Made by a program: the position numbers and the translations under genes. Below are positions 13,722-28,068 of a stretch of DNA of 64,000 nucleotides, in pieces. The DNA is taken from positions 13,330,001 through 13,394,000 of the forward strand of contig OX597832.1 of NCBI GenBank assembly GCA_951406725.2, written 5' to 3'. Source of the DNA: Octopus vulgaris. Its lineage: Eukaryota. Position 1 is the stretch's first letter. Every line of letters begins with the position of its first letter. The notes below the pieces were generated by a model that saw only the letters and a list, made by a program, of their open reading frames with translations, did no database searches and had not been told where the DNA came from.

Positions 13722-14830
13722 GATGTGGAATTATGTGCATTATTTACATTGTTTGTCCTCATCTTGTTTGTTGTTAGCACAACGTTTCGGCTGATATACT
13801 CTCAAGCCTTCTTCAGGCGCCTTGGGAAAATTTCGAACCTGGATTCTCATTCCTAAGCTATTTTTTTATGATACCAATATTATTACTACTACTATTGTTG
13901 TTTATGAACACGGAATCTTAGCCACTACGCCATATGCCCGTAGACAATTATGGAGTGAATTTTAGGGCTTATAAATCTAATATTTTTCTATCCTTCTTAA
14001 ATACCGGTTCCCACATGCTATTCATACCTGCATTTAGGAGGTTGTTGTGTCCTAGCATATGTGCTGCTTCTTTTAGTGTGTGCATTTCCAGCGGTGTTCT
14101 CTCTCTATTACTGTAACTTCATCCGACAGAAGAAGGTGGTCTCCATTTTTCCATACATGATCAGCTATACCCGATTTATCAATATCTCCTCGTGTCACAG
14201 CTTTGCGATGCTCGTCTATATTTATTTTGACGTGGCGGCACGTTTCGCCTTTGTATAACCTACCACAGCTGCATGGGATGAAGAACACGCAGTCTTTCGT
14301 CATATTCTCTTCTATTGGTGGTTTTACTCGAAGGAGATATTTGTGAAATGTTGTATTACTCTTGAATATTGCCCTGATGTCATAAGGGCCACATATCTTT
14401 TGTATCTTTTCGGAGAGGCCTCTTACATAGGGTAGACAAACTGTGGACAGTTTATTGGCCCCCATCCTTTCTCTTCTTCATAATTGGAGTGGATGGTATA
14501 CTTTTGGGGCAGTTATTGCTTAAAAAATCGTTATTGAACTTGATCATTTCTTCGTGGTGTATATCACGATCGCTACTTATATTCTTTGCACGATGTTTTA
14601 GGCACTGAGAAATCCCTCTCTTTACACTGTATGGATGGTGGGAATTGAAGTTGAGATATAGTCCTGTAAAGGTCCGTTTGAGGTATACGGATGTCCTGAA
14701 TCCATACTTGATGCGTGTTATTAATACGTCCAGGAAGGCCAGCTGATTATCTTTTTCCTTTTCCATTGTGAATTGTATGGATGGCTTTATTGAGTTCACA
14801 TGATCTCTCACCAAGTGTTGAGAGATCATG
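13722..14830 (-). mobile_element. Penelope-like element (Poseidon-type): RT C-terminus plus GIY-YIG, frameshifted, with downstream pseudo-LTR
   Basis: ORFs 14452-14829 (IQFTMEKEKDNQLAFLDVLI, YLNFNSHHP) and 14073-14465 (LPYVRGLSEKI, IPCSCGRLYKGET, IADHVW); hammerhead at 13777-13820. Confidence 0.92.
13777..13820 (-). ncRNA. Minimal type I hammerhead ribozyme (PLE-associated)
   Basis: GCGC-CUGAAGA-A-GGCU(loop)AGCC-GAAA-CGUU-GUGC: core, stem II, palindromic stem III, stem I. Confidence 0.75.
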
Positions 14831-16207
14831 TGAAAACAAAATTCACAATATATAGTGTTTGAGTTTCTGTTTCTAACATTATGGGTGGACCAGTAGTAGT
14901 TGTCACTGTGATTATGTTATGGGTTTGTGTATCAGAATTGTAGCTTCCGTTAAAGTAACACCAGTCAAGCATTGCGTTAATATAAATCAGTTATATTCAT
15001 TCAATTTATTTTTGACAAATGATATTCTCTGCGGTCGCTCCACATTTCAGAAATGACAGCTAAACCTGCATCTAATTACAAGCGACAGTCATAAAAAGAA
15101 TCCATAGAATAATGTAGTTTGTAAAGTAGAAAATACAGGATAAACTAGGTTGTATCCTCCATTGAGCATAAATCTACTCGACCAGGGATCTCTTGTAACT
15201 CAATATCGATGCATTCAGGAAGGAAACCTTACATAATCGGCTGTTCACCGAGAAAGAACTAAATCTCAATTGATAGCTTTCCGATTTTAATATGGACACT
15301 AGAGTTATGTATGTATTGTAATGGAAATGAAATGATGAAATACACATCCGCAGTTGGAACACTTTTGCACATAAAAAGATCGATCTTTCAGAGCAGACCT
15401 GGAATTTCATCAAAGAACAAAACACACACAAAAAATTAAAAAATACCCTGCTTCAATTGACGTCGCCTCCATCACGAAGAACAACAATAATATTCAGAAA
15501 AGCAGCTAACTATTACCAGAACCTTGACTCATCGCCCTTTCTTTAATGCTAACATAAGCCATTCACATGTCTATTTGAATATCCTGTGTATTGCCAGTAT
15601 GCTGAGTTTTAGGAAATAGACAATGTCAATACAGTTTATTATCTGTCAACTCATCATTCTCCTCGCAATCCAAGTGTTTTAGTAAAGAATAACAGATTTC
15701 TGTCAGTGTGCTTTTATTGCTTTGTAATATGTTAACTCGGTCGAGCAGACCTGTTGTTAGAGATTTCATTTATGGATTTCCTGCGTTTCAGTTTTTTCTT
15801 TTTCATTTCGACAAAACTTACCTAAGATTACATAATCCAATATGGCTGCTAGACCTAATGCGTTAAGTCATCGTGTGATTGCCCTATGTGCTACAAATAA
15901 TAAAAAAATATATAGCACCCACGTTAACTTGCTGCCTTATATTACAGATAATCTATTTAGGAATAACGTAGTGGAAGCAACTTACGATACAGATTTATTT
16001 TCGATATTATTATCTCTTTTAGTAAGCATCACAAATGAAATTGCTATTATAGAAGCCAGGGTACCGTAAATTGTCATCTTCACTTTGAGGCATTGTACTG
16101 TGACTTCAGTTTCACGTAGTGATTTCTCAGTATAATATTTGGATTGACACTGATTCCCCCTCCCTCCCCTCCTCCTCCTGCTCTTCCTCCTCATCATAAT
16201 AATCATC

Positions 16208-16236
16208 CTTCTTCTTCTTCTTCTTCTTCTTCTTCT

Positions 16237-16295
<59 letters not shown>

Positions 16296-16312
16296 TTCTT
16301 CTTCTTCTTCTT

Positions 16313-16378
<66 letters not shown>

Positions 16379-16430
16379 TCATTATTATTTATTATTATTA
16401 TTATTATTATTAGTAGTAGTAGTAGTAGTA
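16208..16430. repeat. (CTT)n-(TTA)n-(TAG)n compound microsatellite
   Basis: Directly visible. Confidence 0.97.
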
Positions 16431-16787
16431 TCACCACCTGTGAAGGCGGTGGTATTGTTTTCATTCGTGTTTGTTTGTGTGTTTGTCAGTGGACAAGGTA
16501 TCTCAAGAACTACTGGATGAATTCGGATGAAACTTTCATAGGGATGTTTGGTCTCATGATTGGTATGAACTGATTACATATTGGGTCGATCCGGTACCGG
16601 GCTAGGATTCTGGATTATTTTCCTTTTTTTTTTTTTACTTAATTTTTGATTCATATTTCGTATTCTCATTTGTGAGTGCAGTCGAGTTTATTTGAGATAT
16701 TCTCATTTTAAAAGTCATCATTGACTACTCGTTGAGAAGACATTGGTGTTGCCTTTGCGGAGGCTTGCGCTCTCTGAGTGCTTTCGT
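16431..16787 (+). mobile_element. Non-autonomous Helentron-associated (HINE/DINE-1-like) element
   Basis: 5' ATCACCACC..GGCGGTGGTATTGTTTT hairpin, (GTTT)n tract, GATCCGG..CTGGAT motif, 3' GCGGAGG..GCGCTCTCTGAGTGCT; inserted in TTA repeats. Confidence 0.6.
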
Positions 16788-16801
16788 TATTATTATTATT
16801 A

Positions 16802-16843
<42 letters not shown>

Positions 16844-16844
<1 letters not shown>

Positions 16845-18480
16845 TTTAGTTTAGGTTAGGCTCGGTCTTATTCGTGGCGGGACTTTTGTGGGCAGGGTTA
16901 ACTACCTGTAACCTTAGCTATCCACAAGGTGTCTGCAGTCTTTCGAGGGTTTAACCCTTACCTCTGTTAATCATTGCTGCCCAAGAGACAAAACATTTTG
17001 TAGGAGCTTTACCGTCCATTCTATTCTAGTCTCATTCAGCGATTTGTCTATATCTTTGCTTACTGTTCCCAACGCACTAATTGTTCTAGGCATGACTTTT
17101 ACTGTTCTGATGCTCCAAATTTTTCCTAATTCAAATTTTAAGGGACTACAGTATTTTTGAGCTATGTCTTTAAGTGCTGATATAATTAAGGCATGTAACT
17201 AAGGTGCTACTACTTTTAAATGCGCCAATATATATTGGTAACATGTCTACCCTCCTCATTGACCATAACGCTCATCTTTCGCATTTCAAATTGTCGTAGT
17301 TGTTCAATTTTTCTTCTTTCTCTTTGATCCTGTTGTCACCGGGACAGGCTCTGTCGATTATCAACCAAGTACTTTATAAATCACCTCAGGATTTTGCAAT
17401 CTTCATTCGTGGTGACACCTGGGGTTTTCTCATACCACGTCTTTGCTCTTTGTAGGTCATGATTTCCACAGAGCTCTTGATGTATCATTCTTTATCATAT
17501 TATCTTTTGTATTCGAGATGTACCAATTTCGGGTATTTCTCGTCGGCATATACATTATATATTTCGCAATTTAGAACAAACTTGAGTACTCGATGATCCA
17601 CGAATATGGAATCGTAATAAGCTTACGAGGCCATTCCCAAATTGTTCTCCGTTTACAATCTTGCATTAACAATTTGTCTTTCAATAATTTTACTTTGATA
17701 CTTCTGCATCTTCTACAACCTTTTTCTTCCGTCGGTAACATATCGTTCTCACGAAGAAATTTGTACAGTTCTGCTGCAAGTCGTCCTAATAGTAACGTCC
17801 ACATTTATGGGATGCAAGAAATTGGCCTGTAATTGTCGGCAGCATTTCATTTTGAAGCATCCTTCAGACACAAAAATGTACGTCCTTTTGTCAACAAACC
17901 CGGAATTTCTCCTCCTTCAAACAATGCATTAAATGTATGGTATCTACTGAACTTCTTACATCCAAAATCCTTGTACACCTTCAGGTCCTTATGCTTTCCA
18001 TTTGCTTATGTTTTTATTCATATTTCTGATAATTTCTTCTTTAAAATGGATAGCCTCGTGCTTGGGATAAAAACCTGCTTGCTTCAGGCTGCAGAGCCTT
18101 TCACCTGCAATATTATGCTGTCCTTGTTTACTACATATCTTATTCCAAAACTTTCGATTTCATCAGCATCTGAAACTAAACTTCCACGTCCTGTATCGTG
18201 ATTCATTTCTTGATAAAATCTTTTTTGGTCGATTCTTTAATCGGTTTTTGCCGGTACTGATTAATCCGTTGTTCAAAACTTGTTAGATTTGCTCTTTGGC
18301 AAGTGTAAGCTACAGCAAAAGACATTTGCTGAAGTGGTTGCATAGTGAGAATGAACACTACGCCAGGTCTCCACAAAACATTATTGTTGACCACAAAGCC
18401 ATGCTTATATTTTCCATTTTATTACCCTCATGTAATTCTGTAATATCAAAATTTTGGGGGTTCTTGCTCTTCTCTAATAT
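16844..18480 (-). mobile_element. Decayed, internally deleted R4/Dong-type non-LTR retrotransposon (RT N-terminus, Zn-knuckle region, restriction-like endonuclease)
   Basis: EQRINQYRQ; MWTLLLGRLAAELYKFLRENDMLPTEEKGCRR; MIHQELCG..TWYEK; LIIDRACPGDNRIKEKEEK; LKFELGKIW..ISALG; 3' end abuts (TAA)n. Confidence 0.8.
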
Positions 18481-18625
18481 ATTTAAAATTTCTTAAAATT
18501 CACACTTGTTTCGTCTTTAATTTGAACATAAGGGTATATTAGAAGTTTAACGTACATTTGTATTCCTACATATCCATAAGCATCGAAGTGCACATGTACT
18601 TGTGTGTGTGTGCCCTTCTGTGTGC

Positions 18626-18680
<55 letters not shown>

Positions 18681-18840
18681 TATATGTGTGTGTGTGTGTG
18701 TATATACATATATATATATATACAATAAAAATGGTAAATAATTTTCCTGTGGTTTTTCATGTAACCAACAATTATTTACCGGTAAATTTCGGTATGTAAA
18801 TACGACAAAATAATTGTCAAGACCTTTGTAAGGTTCAGTA

Positions 18841-19414
18841 TATAGTAAAGAAAAATAAGTTGGCTAGCAGCGAGCTGTTTCGCCTCATACCGAAGGAATT
18901 AGAAATGACAGTCAAAGACCGTTTTTTCCATTTCTATAAGTTGAGATTCCAAAAACGAAGGCCCTTGCGGCTCACATACACAAAACCGGAGTGGCAAATA
19001 TACGAATTCAGTCACTTACCGTTAATAGCGAACACGGTGTTTCTGGATCACAAACATATAAAAAAAGGGGAGTTTGAATTCCTTCTTCAGCGCTATATTC
19101 GTTAGCTTTATCAAATGCCACCAGCCCTCACTTCTGACCCAGCGACATCAGATAGTGGGGGGAAGTGCGCAGATGCTAAAACCAAGTAACGACTGGGAAC
19201 GTAAATTTTCCCTCCAAAATTCTGTCATGCGCGCCTTCTGGGTAATCGTAATGGAATGAGGAATCCGGTTTTGTGTATGTGAGCCGCAAGGGCCTTCGTT
19301 TTTGGAATCTCCACTTATAGAAATGGAAAAAAACGGTCTTTGACTGCCATTTCTAATTCCTTCGGTATGAGGCGAAACAGCTCGCTGCTAGCCAACTTAT
19401 TTTTCTTTACTATA
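18841..19414. mobile_element. Young foldback/MITE with 150-bp terminal inverted repeats
   Basis: Arms 18841-18990 and 19264-19414 are nearly perfect reverse complements; ~273-bp spacer; TATA at both ends. Confidence 0.92.
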
Positions 19415-19478
19415 TATATATATACATATATTTATACATATATATATATATATATATATACATACACACATACACACA

Positions 19479-19526
<48 letters not shown>

Positions 19527-20647
19527 ATATGTATTTCTCAGCATCGCTTCACTCTCTTTTCTCTACCTACACAAACAGAGACACATGTGTCGTTATCTCT
19601 GCCACATGTTTCCAGTCTATCCACGCACTTTCGATCTGATTAATTGTCAATCTCGATAATAAAAAAGTGGTTGACGCTCATAAACCCTTATTGTTCACTT
19701 TTTCTTTCCTTTCCTTTTTACTATATTTATTCTATTTTTTCTATTCTTTTTCAATTCCTCTCATTGTCTTATATTGTGTGTCGTTCAATCTCTATTCTCA
19801 AGAATTTTTTTTTTTTTTACTTATTTTCTCTTCTACTTCTTTTAATAAGGGTTCTTCATATACATCTCTTTATTGATATGAATAAATAAAATTTTATCTT
19901 TCTCCAATTCTAGATAGGGCTTCTCCCTATCAATCTTCTGCATTTATTTCCTACATTCGTTTATATCTTTTTTTCCTTGGCAATTCTTATGTATAAATGC
20001 AAATATTTTCCCAAATAAAATTGCACATCATGTCTGAGGCTCCGATTAATCTATAGTGTTATACAGAAGCATTCAACTTCGAGCGCATTACACCACACAG
20101 CTAATACAGTTCATGATATATACATTTTTTTATTCCTTTGTCATTTTATTTTCTCATTTTCGCTCTGTATTCTACTTCTGTAACGTTCTAAAGCATATAT
20201 TTATTGAATTCTGACACCAGGTTACACAGGTTGCAGTTTTATATAGGCGGTTTTATATAGCTGTTTCCGCTATAGTTGAGTGTCTGACTAAAGCGTTACA
20301 GTTTAATCGGTGCCTCGAATATGAAGTGAAGTTTAATTTGGGAAAAATAAACAAAGCATTATAGTAAATATGTGTCTGAATTTTGTACGACTCTTTCACT
20401 CTATCTTTTAGTTCTCCTCTTTCCTTTCCCCCCCCTCTCTCACATTTAATTCCCACTTTTCCTCCTCGTTCATCTCCTCTCCACCTTTCCCTTTGTCTCT
20501 GATTTTTTTTCTAATCCGTCAATCCCTCTGCCATTAAGCCTATCTGTCCCTTCCACGTAACGAGTGTCCGGCCAGCCATGATCTTCCTTTCTTGGCCTGA
20601 CCGCCGACCACTAACACCTCTTATGTCCATCGCCTAATGAGATACAT

Positions 20648-21060
20648 GTGGGTGAAGAAAGAAGGCGATCCATTGTTCGATTTTGTGTGGGGATTCACGG
20701 AGGGCTGAGATCGCTGACCACATCGGGTTCAGTTTGGATACCCTAAAGAGGCGTACGCATTCACATAGGCTAACTCTCTAAAGAGACAACAGCCTGAAAG
20801 TCTGAATCTATATGAACGGCCACGCCACGGACACATTTAGGAAGGACTTAAAAGAAATATTCAAGGAATTTGGCCTGTTCATAATTGTCACCACCGATGT
20901 GAACACAGTTAAGTAGAAACCCTACAGGAAGCACAATGAGGAAACTGTACACATCGACAGGGTATCAAACCATTCTTCCCCGCTATAATAAGAAACATTC
21001 GCTGTGGTGTTAAACTATCCAAGAGCGTGGCTGATAGGGGACTCTTTAATAAGGCCGCCC
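20648..21060 (+). mobile_element. Decayed Penelope-like reverse transcriptase fragment
   Basis: Reads WVKKEGDPLFD..GAEIADHIG..NGHATDTFRKDLKEIFKEFGL..DRVSNH..AIIRNI across frameshifts. Confidence 0.75.
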
Positions 21061-22157
21061 CTCTATAATGATTAACAGGGCGCCCATAATCGACAGCTCT
21101 GTTTCTGCGAAAGATTACACATTCCGTATCAAACTGAAGCATCCATCAACTGTAAATAAAAACTGTCCTATTGCTGTCACCAGAGGTATGCCCTTCTGAT
21201 GAATTCAAATCATTCCCACCGACAATCCAGACATACAACCCTAGCATCAGCTGCCCTCTGCTGTGATTGCAACACAGACAACGTTACTAACATTCTAGAG
21301 TGGGGTCACCTTCCACCAACCACCAAGGTCTACGTAGTCAAACCCGTACGACCATGTGCATTCCCTAAATTCTTAATTCCGATTCCAAATACAGAGAGCG
21401 TATGCATAGACAACCACATATGAACACACATAAATATCAAACTAGCCACCGCACCCGCACATCCACAGTTCTCGAATATGCATATGTACGCAACCATACG
21501 TATCCACCAGCGCACACATACATAAATATACACAAATACGCACACAATACTTACACACAGGCACACACACGCGCATATGCACACAAGCACATACATACAT
21601 ACACGAATATAAGTGCACTTCATGTCTACTTATAAGTGCACTTCATGTCTACTTATATACGCAACGGCCAAGAGCGTGGCTGACCCGTACGGCCTTGTGC
21701 GTTCCTAAAAATTAAATTACGACGGTCCACACACATTAACGCCGCCAGTCTTCTATCTAACTCCTTTTCCTGATAGAACTGTTGTCGCTTAGGAAGCGAC
21801 ATTAATTACAGAATCATCACGTGACGCTTCATGACTAATAGCAGATCATCATCTAGCAGTCATCTTGGACATCCTGGATCTCTTTATTCAGTCATTACAG
21901 AACTTGAAGGAAACAGACTCCTTTAGTGGCTAGCGAAACTGAATAAAACTGTTTTTAAATGATATATTTAAGTAGAAAGAATAGCCAAAACTTTTTGACT
22001 GCTATTTCTAAATTCGGTGTGTGGTGAGGCAAATCGTTGCTGAACCCTTAATTACTTAGTATTACTTAAACCTTCCTTGAATGGGTCTTTTACATGCCGA
22101 ACTCTACTTGGTGAAATTAATGATTATTTTTAAATTAATTAATTTCACCCTTTATTA

Positions 22158-22255
<98 letters not shown>

Positions 22256-22486
22256 TGTGTGTATGTATATATGTATGATACATATCATGTAACTTAGACC
22301 TTAGGCAGTACCATAACAGGATTTACTTGACTCGATATAGCGTAAAATATCAACAAATGGACTACTATTTGAAAGTATATATAAAATATGAAAATATTTT
22401 GGCAACTTAAATTTAAATGTTGAAGTGAATCTAACGGTTTTTGTGTGCTTTCTAAATGGCTTATAAACACCTTCCACGCTGCAACT

Positions 22487-22520
<34 letters not shown>

Positions 22521-22626
22521 CTGTGTGTGAGTGTGTATGTGTGTGTCTCTGTGTGTGTGTGTCTGTGTGTGTGTATACGTGCGTGTGCATGCGTGTGTTT
22601 ATATATGTATGTATCTAAATATATAT

Positions 22627-22940
22627 GGCTCTCCGTCGGTGACGATGAAAATGGTTCCTCTTGATCTAATTAACGGAATATCTTGCTCGTAAAATTAAGG
22701 TATAACTGGCTGTGCTCTACACTAACGCATGCACCCTTAACGTAGAACTTAAGCAGATTCAACGTGACAAAAATGTGACACTTTTGACCCTTTGAAGTGT
22801 AGGTACTGCTCACTTTTGCTTGCCTAGCGGACTACAGCAACGTTAAATATAGTTTTTTGTTAACGGACACATGCGCTGCCTGGGAATCGAACTTACGATC
22901 GTGAGCGAGTACCCTGAATGCTTATCGACGTGCCTTCACT
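22627..22940 (-). mobile_element. Old SINE related to 13120-13385 and 47149-47536
   Basis: CTCCGTCGGTGACGATGA..AACGGAATA..TGCTCGT..CCCTTAACGTAG; GGGAATCGAAC (B-box, reverse complement). Confidence 0.7.
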
Positions 22941-23432
22941 CAATAAATAATATAAATGTAATAAAAGTCAACACAAAAACAAAAGAACATGTAACGAAAT
23001 ACATCGTCACAGAATTCCTATTTTTATTATTGCTACTGACGGTTTGACCAAAAATGAGAAATCGTGACTTAATTCAAGGGTTTTGTCTGAAGAAAGGGTC
23101 GTTGTGATGATCTTTACATAACTCCGTTATTTGCATGTTAAATGAAGATCTTAAAAAAAAAAAAACACAAACGACGATTAAATGGATTAACCGTTTGGGA
23201 AAGAATGAACAGGTCATTTGGTAACTTGGATATTTTGGGTCACAGGTAAATAAGTCAAGTGAAAAGTATGAGATTCAGGTGGCAGCAAATCTGCTTTTCT
23301 GATGATGAAATGTACTTGTGCTTTGATCAAATTTTTACAGTATACTGGTGATAAATTTTCTGTCAAACTTTCAAGCAGGTTTGGCATGTATTTTAGAATA
23401 TATGTAACTGTGGTGACGGCATTGACCCAGAT

Positions 23433-23665
23433 TTAACCCTTTTCTTACCACATTTCTGTTTGAGATGTTTTGTATTTCTTGCAATTAATTTTAAATATAA
23501 CAAATAATTTAGTAAAATAACTTAGTTATCAGTAAGCTACTGTTACGAACATAAATTGTGACTAAGGGTTGGGGGAAGATTTTAATTCAGAACTTTTGAA
23601 AGCAAGACATTTCTACTACAGAACCACAGTGGGTTTGTAAACAAGGTTTGTAACAAAAGAGTTAA
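23433..23665. mobile_element. piggyBac-like non-autonomous MITE
   Basis: TTAA-CCCTTTTCTTAC ... GTAACAAAAGAG-TTAA: TTAA duplication with imperfect short TIRs. Confidence 0.6.
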
Positions 23666-24503
23666 GTGTCGAAATCAATTGTTGAACTGAGCTTGTACTT
23701 TTATGTGCAGTTGCTAATCTTTAGCAAATGAGCTGAAGTATTAATGATAAAATTTATTTTTGCTTTGTTGATGTTATGCTGTTGCCTGAGGCGTTCATCA
23801 GTAAGGTTGAGACATAAATGTTGTCCATATTAGCTTCAGCTGTTGTTAACATTTATGTGAACTTCTAAGATTGTATCTCCGGAAATTAGGTATTAAAATG
23901 CGATTAGTCTATCGTAACTGAAAGATTTTATTTCCGATAGAGAATTCGTTAGCCATTCAGCATGAAAATTACAGGCTTTTCTGGTGGTGTCCTAATGCGT
24001 GATTTTTCATCTTGGTTTGATATTTGCGGTGGGAATAACATAATGAATTAAATTGTAAATTAGAGTTTGAAGTTTTAATGAAAATATATTACATTAAATT
24101 ATTAGCCCGTAATTTCTAAATAATTAAATCATTATATTTCAGTTCAAAATAAACTTTGAATAAGAGGCCCCAGAGGAATATAAAATAGTTCATATAATGT
24201 GAATTTATTTGAATTGTATGGGAAGTTTCGAAAACAGCATTAGTGTGTTCGCATCTCACTCCTAACAAATCATAGGCTACAAATTGAAGACCACAGGGCA
24301 AATGTACTTAAAGTACGTATCCGATTCAAAAGCAGACACTATATAGTAAATGCTTGAAGCAGTGACGGAAAATATCACAATAGCAACCTCTGCTTCTGTA
24401 ATGACCTTTGCTCTATAAAAAATATCTGCACTTAGACCCGTTTCGCTCAGGTAATCGCTATCGATTCAAATCTCCTCGTATAGTCACACATGTGTGAACA
24501 TTA

Positions 24504-24929
24504 GGCGCAGGAGTGGCTGTGTGGTAAGTAGCTTGCTTCCCAAAAACATGCATCCGGGTTCAGTCCCACTGCGGGGCACCTTTGGCAAGTGTCTTCTATA
24601 CTATAGCCTTGGGCTGACCAAGGCCTTGTGAGCAGATTTGGTAGACGGAAACTGAAAGAAGCCCGTCGTATATATGTGTATGTGAGTGTGTGTGTGTGTG
24701 TATGTTTGTGTGTCTGTGTTTGCTCCCCCTCCAACATCGCTTGACAACCGATGGTGATGTGTTTACCTCCCGTAACATAGCGTTTCGTCAAAAGAGACCG
24801 ATAGAATAAGTACAAGGCTTACAAAGAATAAGTCCTGGGGTCGATTTTCTCGACTAAAGGTGGTACTCCTGCTTGGCTGCAGTCAAATGAGTGAAACAAG
24901 TAAAAAAGAAAAGAGAGAATAAAAGAGAA
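24504..24929 (+). mobile_element. CORE-type octopus SINE, full length
   Basis: A-box TGGCTGTGTGG, B-box GGTTCAGTCCC, CORE-like GGCACCTTTGGCAAGTGTCTT, internal microsatellite, A/G-rich tail. Confidence 0.92.
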
Positions 24930-26322
24930 TTTATAACAGTTTCCATTTATTCCGTCTCAGAAAACTGACCAACTTACAATTTCTTTATTCCTCACATGCC
25001 TTTATACTGAAGCACAAATATATTTTATCAGGATTTAAAACTAACATTATTGCTACGCTCCTATTTTGCATGGAGTCAACGGTGTTTTTATACAAATGTA
25101 CTACATTCCGGAACCAAAATATATCGTAGGAAATCCACGCTGAAATCTTTAAAAAATTTGTTCATTAAATAATATAATCCCTGACACAGTAGCGTAAAAA
25201 GATATGTGTAAGAAAGTGCAATATGTGTGATGTAAATGTTTGAATCACAGGCGTGCTGAGACATTCAGAACGTAATGCATAATAATGACCACCACAACAA
25301 GCCCTTTATCGAAACAAATCATTGATATACCATCGTCTTTACAAAATGAACTAATATTTCAAATAACAATTTTACTCTTCAAGTTCCATATACAAATGTA
25401 TTCCACAAATTATGAAACAATTATATTTTATCATATATATTACAAAATGTTATTATAATAGAATGCAACTATGACGAGACTGTCAAATAAATGAGACTCC
25501 AATGTGAACAGCAAATTGAAGATAATTGGGAAAATAACATTGCATACTATCGGGAAAAGATAAGTTAAGTACAGCTATACCATTCGCCAACCTCCAGCAT
25601 TTAGAAATTCTAGAATTAACAGCCATTTTGGTGTCAATACATATGTGTTTGCAATTATTGAATTATTCTCTCAAAATTTAAATACGTTGGTACACTTTAA
25701 GCGTGGAATAGAAGCTATTTTACAAAGACAATTTAATTTAGAAAAATGTTATGGTGAATATATTCACACTTGATACTTTACGTATATATATTTTTATTTT
25801 AGCTACATAAATCTACCATTCTAAATAGTCAAGTTCAATGAATCTAACGCCAACACAAAACCTAACCCTAATCTTTGTGACATGAATTTTCAGTTTATTT
25901 ACCTGACCTCAGAGAAGTTCTACCCAAATTTCAAGAATCAGCAGAGATCGATTGCTATATAAAACTGTAATAAATTAGCAGAGGTAACTTTACATATTTG
26001 GCAGCTATTACAGTGCAAACTATTTTATAACAGATTTACGTATTAGCTGATTTAAGCAAATATTTCGGGGCAAAAGACATATAATCATGTATGATCAACA
26101 GTTAGCTTACCGTGAGAATGTTCCTCATGAGACATGGTCTATCTACTTTTGCTTACCAACAGCATACAGAGAATATGTTTTGCATTATTACTCCCTCCAC
26201 ACTAATGTATTATAATATTCAAATGTAATTCACTTGTAATTTAAACTGTGTTGCGCATTATATCTACATATACATACACAGACACACACGTAGAAATATA
26301 TCTGTATGTATACACACGTATA

Positions 26323-26400
<78 letters not shown>

Positions 26401-26402
<2 letters not shown>

Positions 26403-26793
26403 AGCAGGAGTGGTCGTGTGGTAGGTAGCTTTCTTACCAACCACATGGTTCTCGGTTCAGTCCCACTGTGTGGCATCTTGGGTAAGTGTCTTCTAATATA
26501 GCTTCGGGCTGACCAAAGCCTTGTGAGTGGATTTGGTAGAAACTGAAAGAAGCTCGTCGTATATAAATATATATATGTGTGTGTGTGTGTGGGGGGGGTG
26601 CCTGTGTTTGTCCGACCCACCATCGCTTAACAAACGTTGATGGTGAGTTTTCGTCTACTTATCTTAGCGCTTCAGCAAAAAAGCCGTTAGAATAAGTACT
26701 AGGCTTACAAAGGATAAGAACTGGGGTCGATTTGTTCGACTAAAAGCGGTGTTGTAGCATGATCGCAGTCAAAAACTGAAGCAAATAAAAAGA

Positions 26794-26794
<1 letters not shown>
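26401..26794 (+). mobile_element. CORE-type octopus SINE inserted in (TA)n
   Basis: Colinear with 24504-24929. Confidence 0.9.
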
Positions 26795-26840
<46 letters not shown>

Positions 26841-27421
26841 GCAGAAGTAACAGCGCTGTTGCTATGGTAACGGAGGGAGCTCTTGGATGCAGAGTGAAGT
26901 CGCTTAGCACACATGGTCATCGAACTCTGTCGCACATATACACTACGTTATAAACTTCTCTTTCAATTTCGTTGTTTAGAGCAGTACTTGGGAATAAACT
27001 GTGTAGAGTACGTACATCCCAAACAGAAGATCGGGCTTCACTTCCATAGTATCTCCTTGATTGTGTCGAGAGAGACGAACACTTTTGAAAAAGGTCATAA
27101 GTGACGAATCGTGGGTCTATAGTTACTATCCACAAACAAAAGTAAAAATCAAATCCCACTTGGATAGAACATGATTTTAAGACGTGAAAATCCAAGGGAA
27201 TGCGAAAAGATATTTGTTTGCTATCCTAGAAAAGGAGTTCGAGGAAACGACGCAGGATAAAGTGTGTATATTCGGAAGGTGATATGTAGTGATATTTGAT
27301 GTAATATCCCTTGTAAGTCCCCGGAGCCAATAGTTTTTTTTTTTATCAGGCATCATACACACACACGTAAACACACATACACACGCGGGCCCACTCATAT
27401 ATGTATGTATTGTGAGTGCGT

Positions 27422-27473
<52 letters not shown>

Positions 27474-27716
27474 GTGTGTGTGCATTGTGTGGAGTATATA
27501 CGGTACTTAAGTCATAATATGGTACTTAAGTCAGCGGCACCAGAATTTTGTATGGTATTAGCCATATAAATCCATGGGGTGATTATAATCAAAATAAGCA
27601 ACAAGTATATCTTAGGTAATGTGGTACAATCGTTTCATGCTACTTGATTTTATTAAACATTGTAAGTATTACAGCAGTTTTAAAATGTTTAGCAATCTCC
27701 AGCCATTTTTGAAATG

Positions 27717-27762
<46 letters not shown>

Positions 27763-27790
27763 CTTCTCTCTCTCTATCTATATATATATA

Positions 27791-27840
<50 letters not shown>

Positions 27841-27843
<3 letters not shown>

Positions 27844-28068
27844 CGCAATGGCCTAGTGGTTAGAGGCGCAATGGCCTAGTGGTTAGGGCAGCGGACTCGC
27901 GGTCGCAGGATCGCGGTTTCGATTCTCAGACCGGGCGTTGTGTGTGTTTATTGAGCGAAAACACCTAAAAGCTCTACGAGGCTCCGGCAGGGGGTGGTGA
28001 TCCCTGCTGTACTCTTTCACCACAATGGCGGTGCCTCAGCATGGCCACAGCTCAAGAGCTGAAACTGG

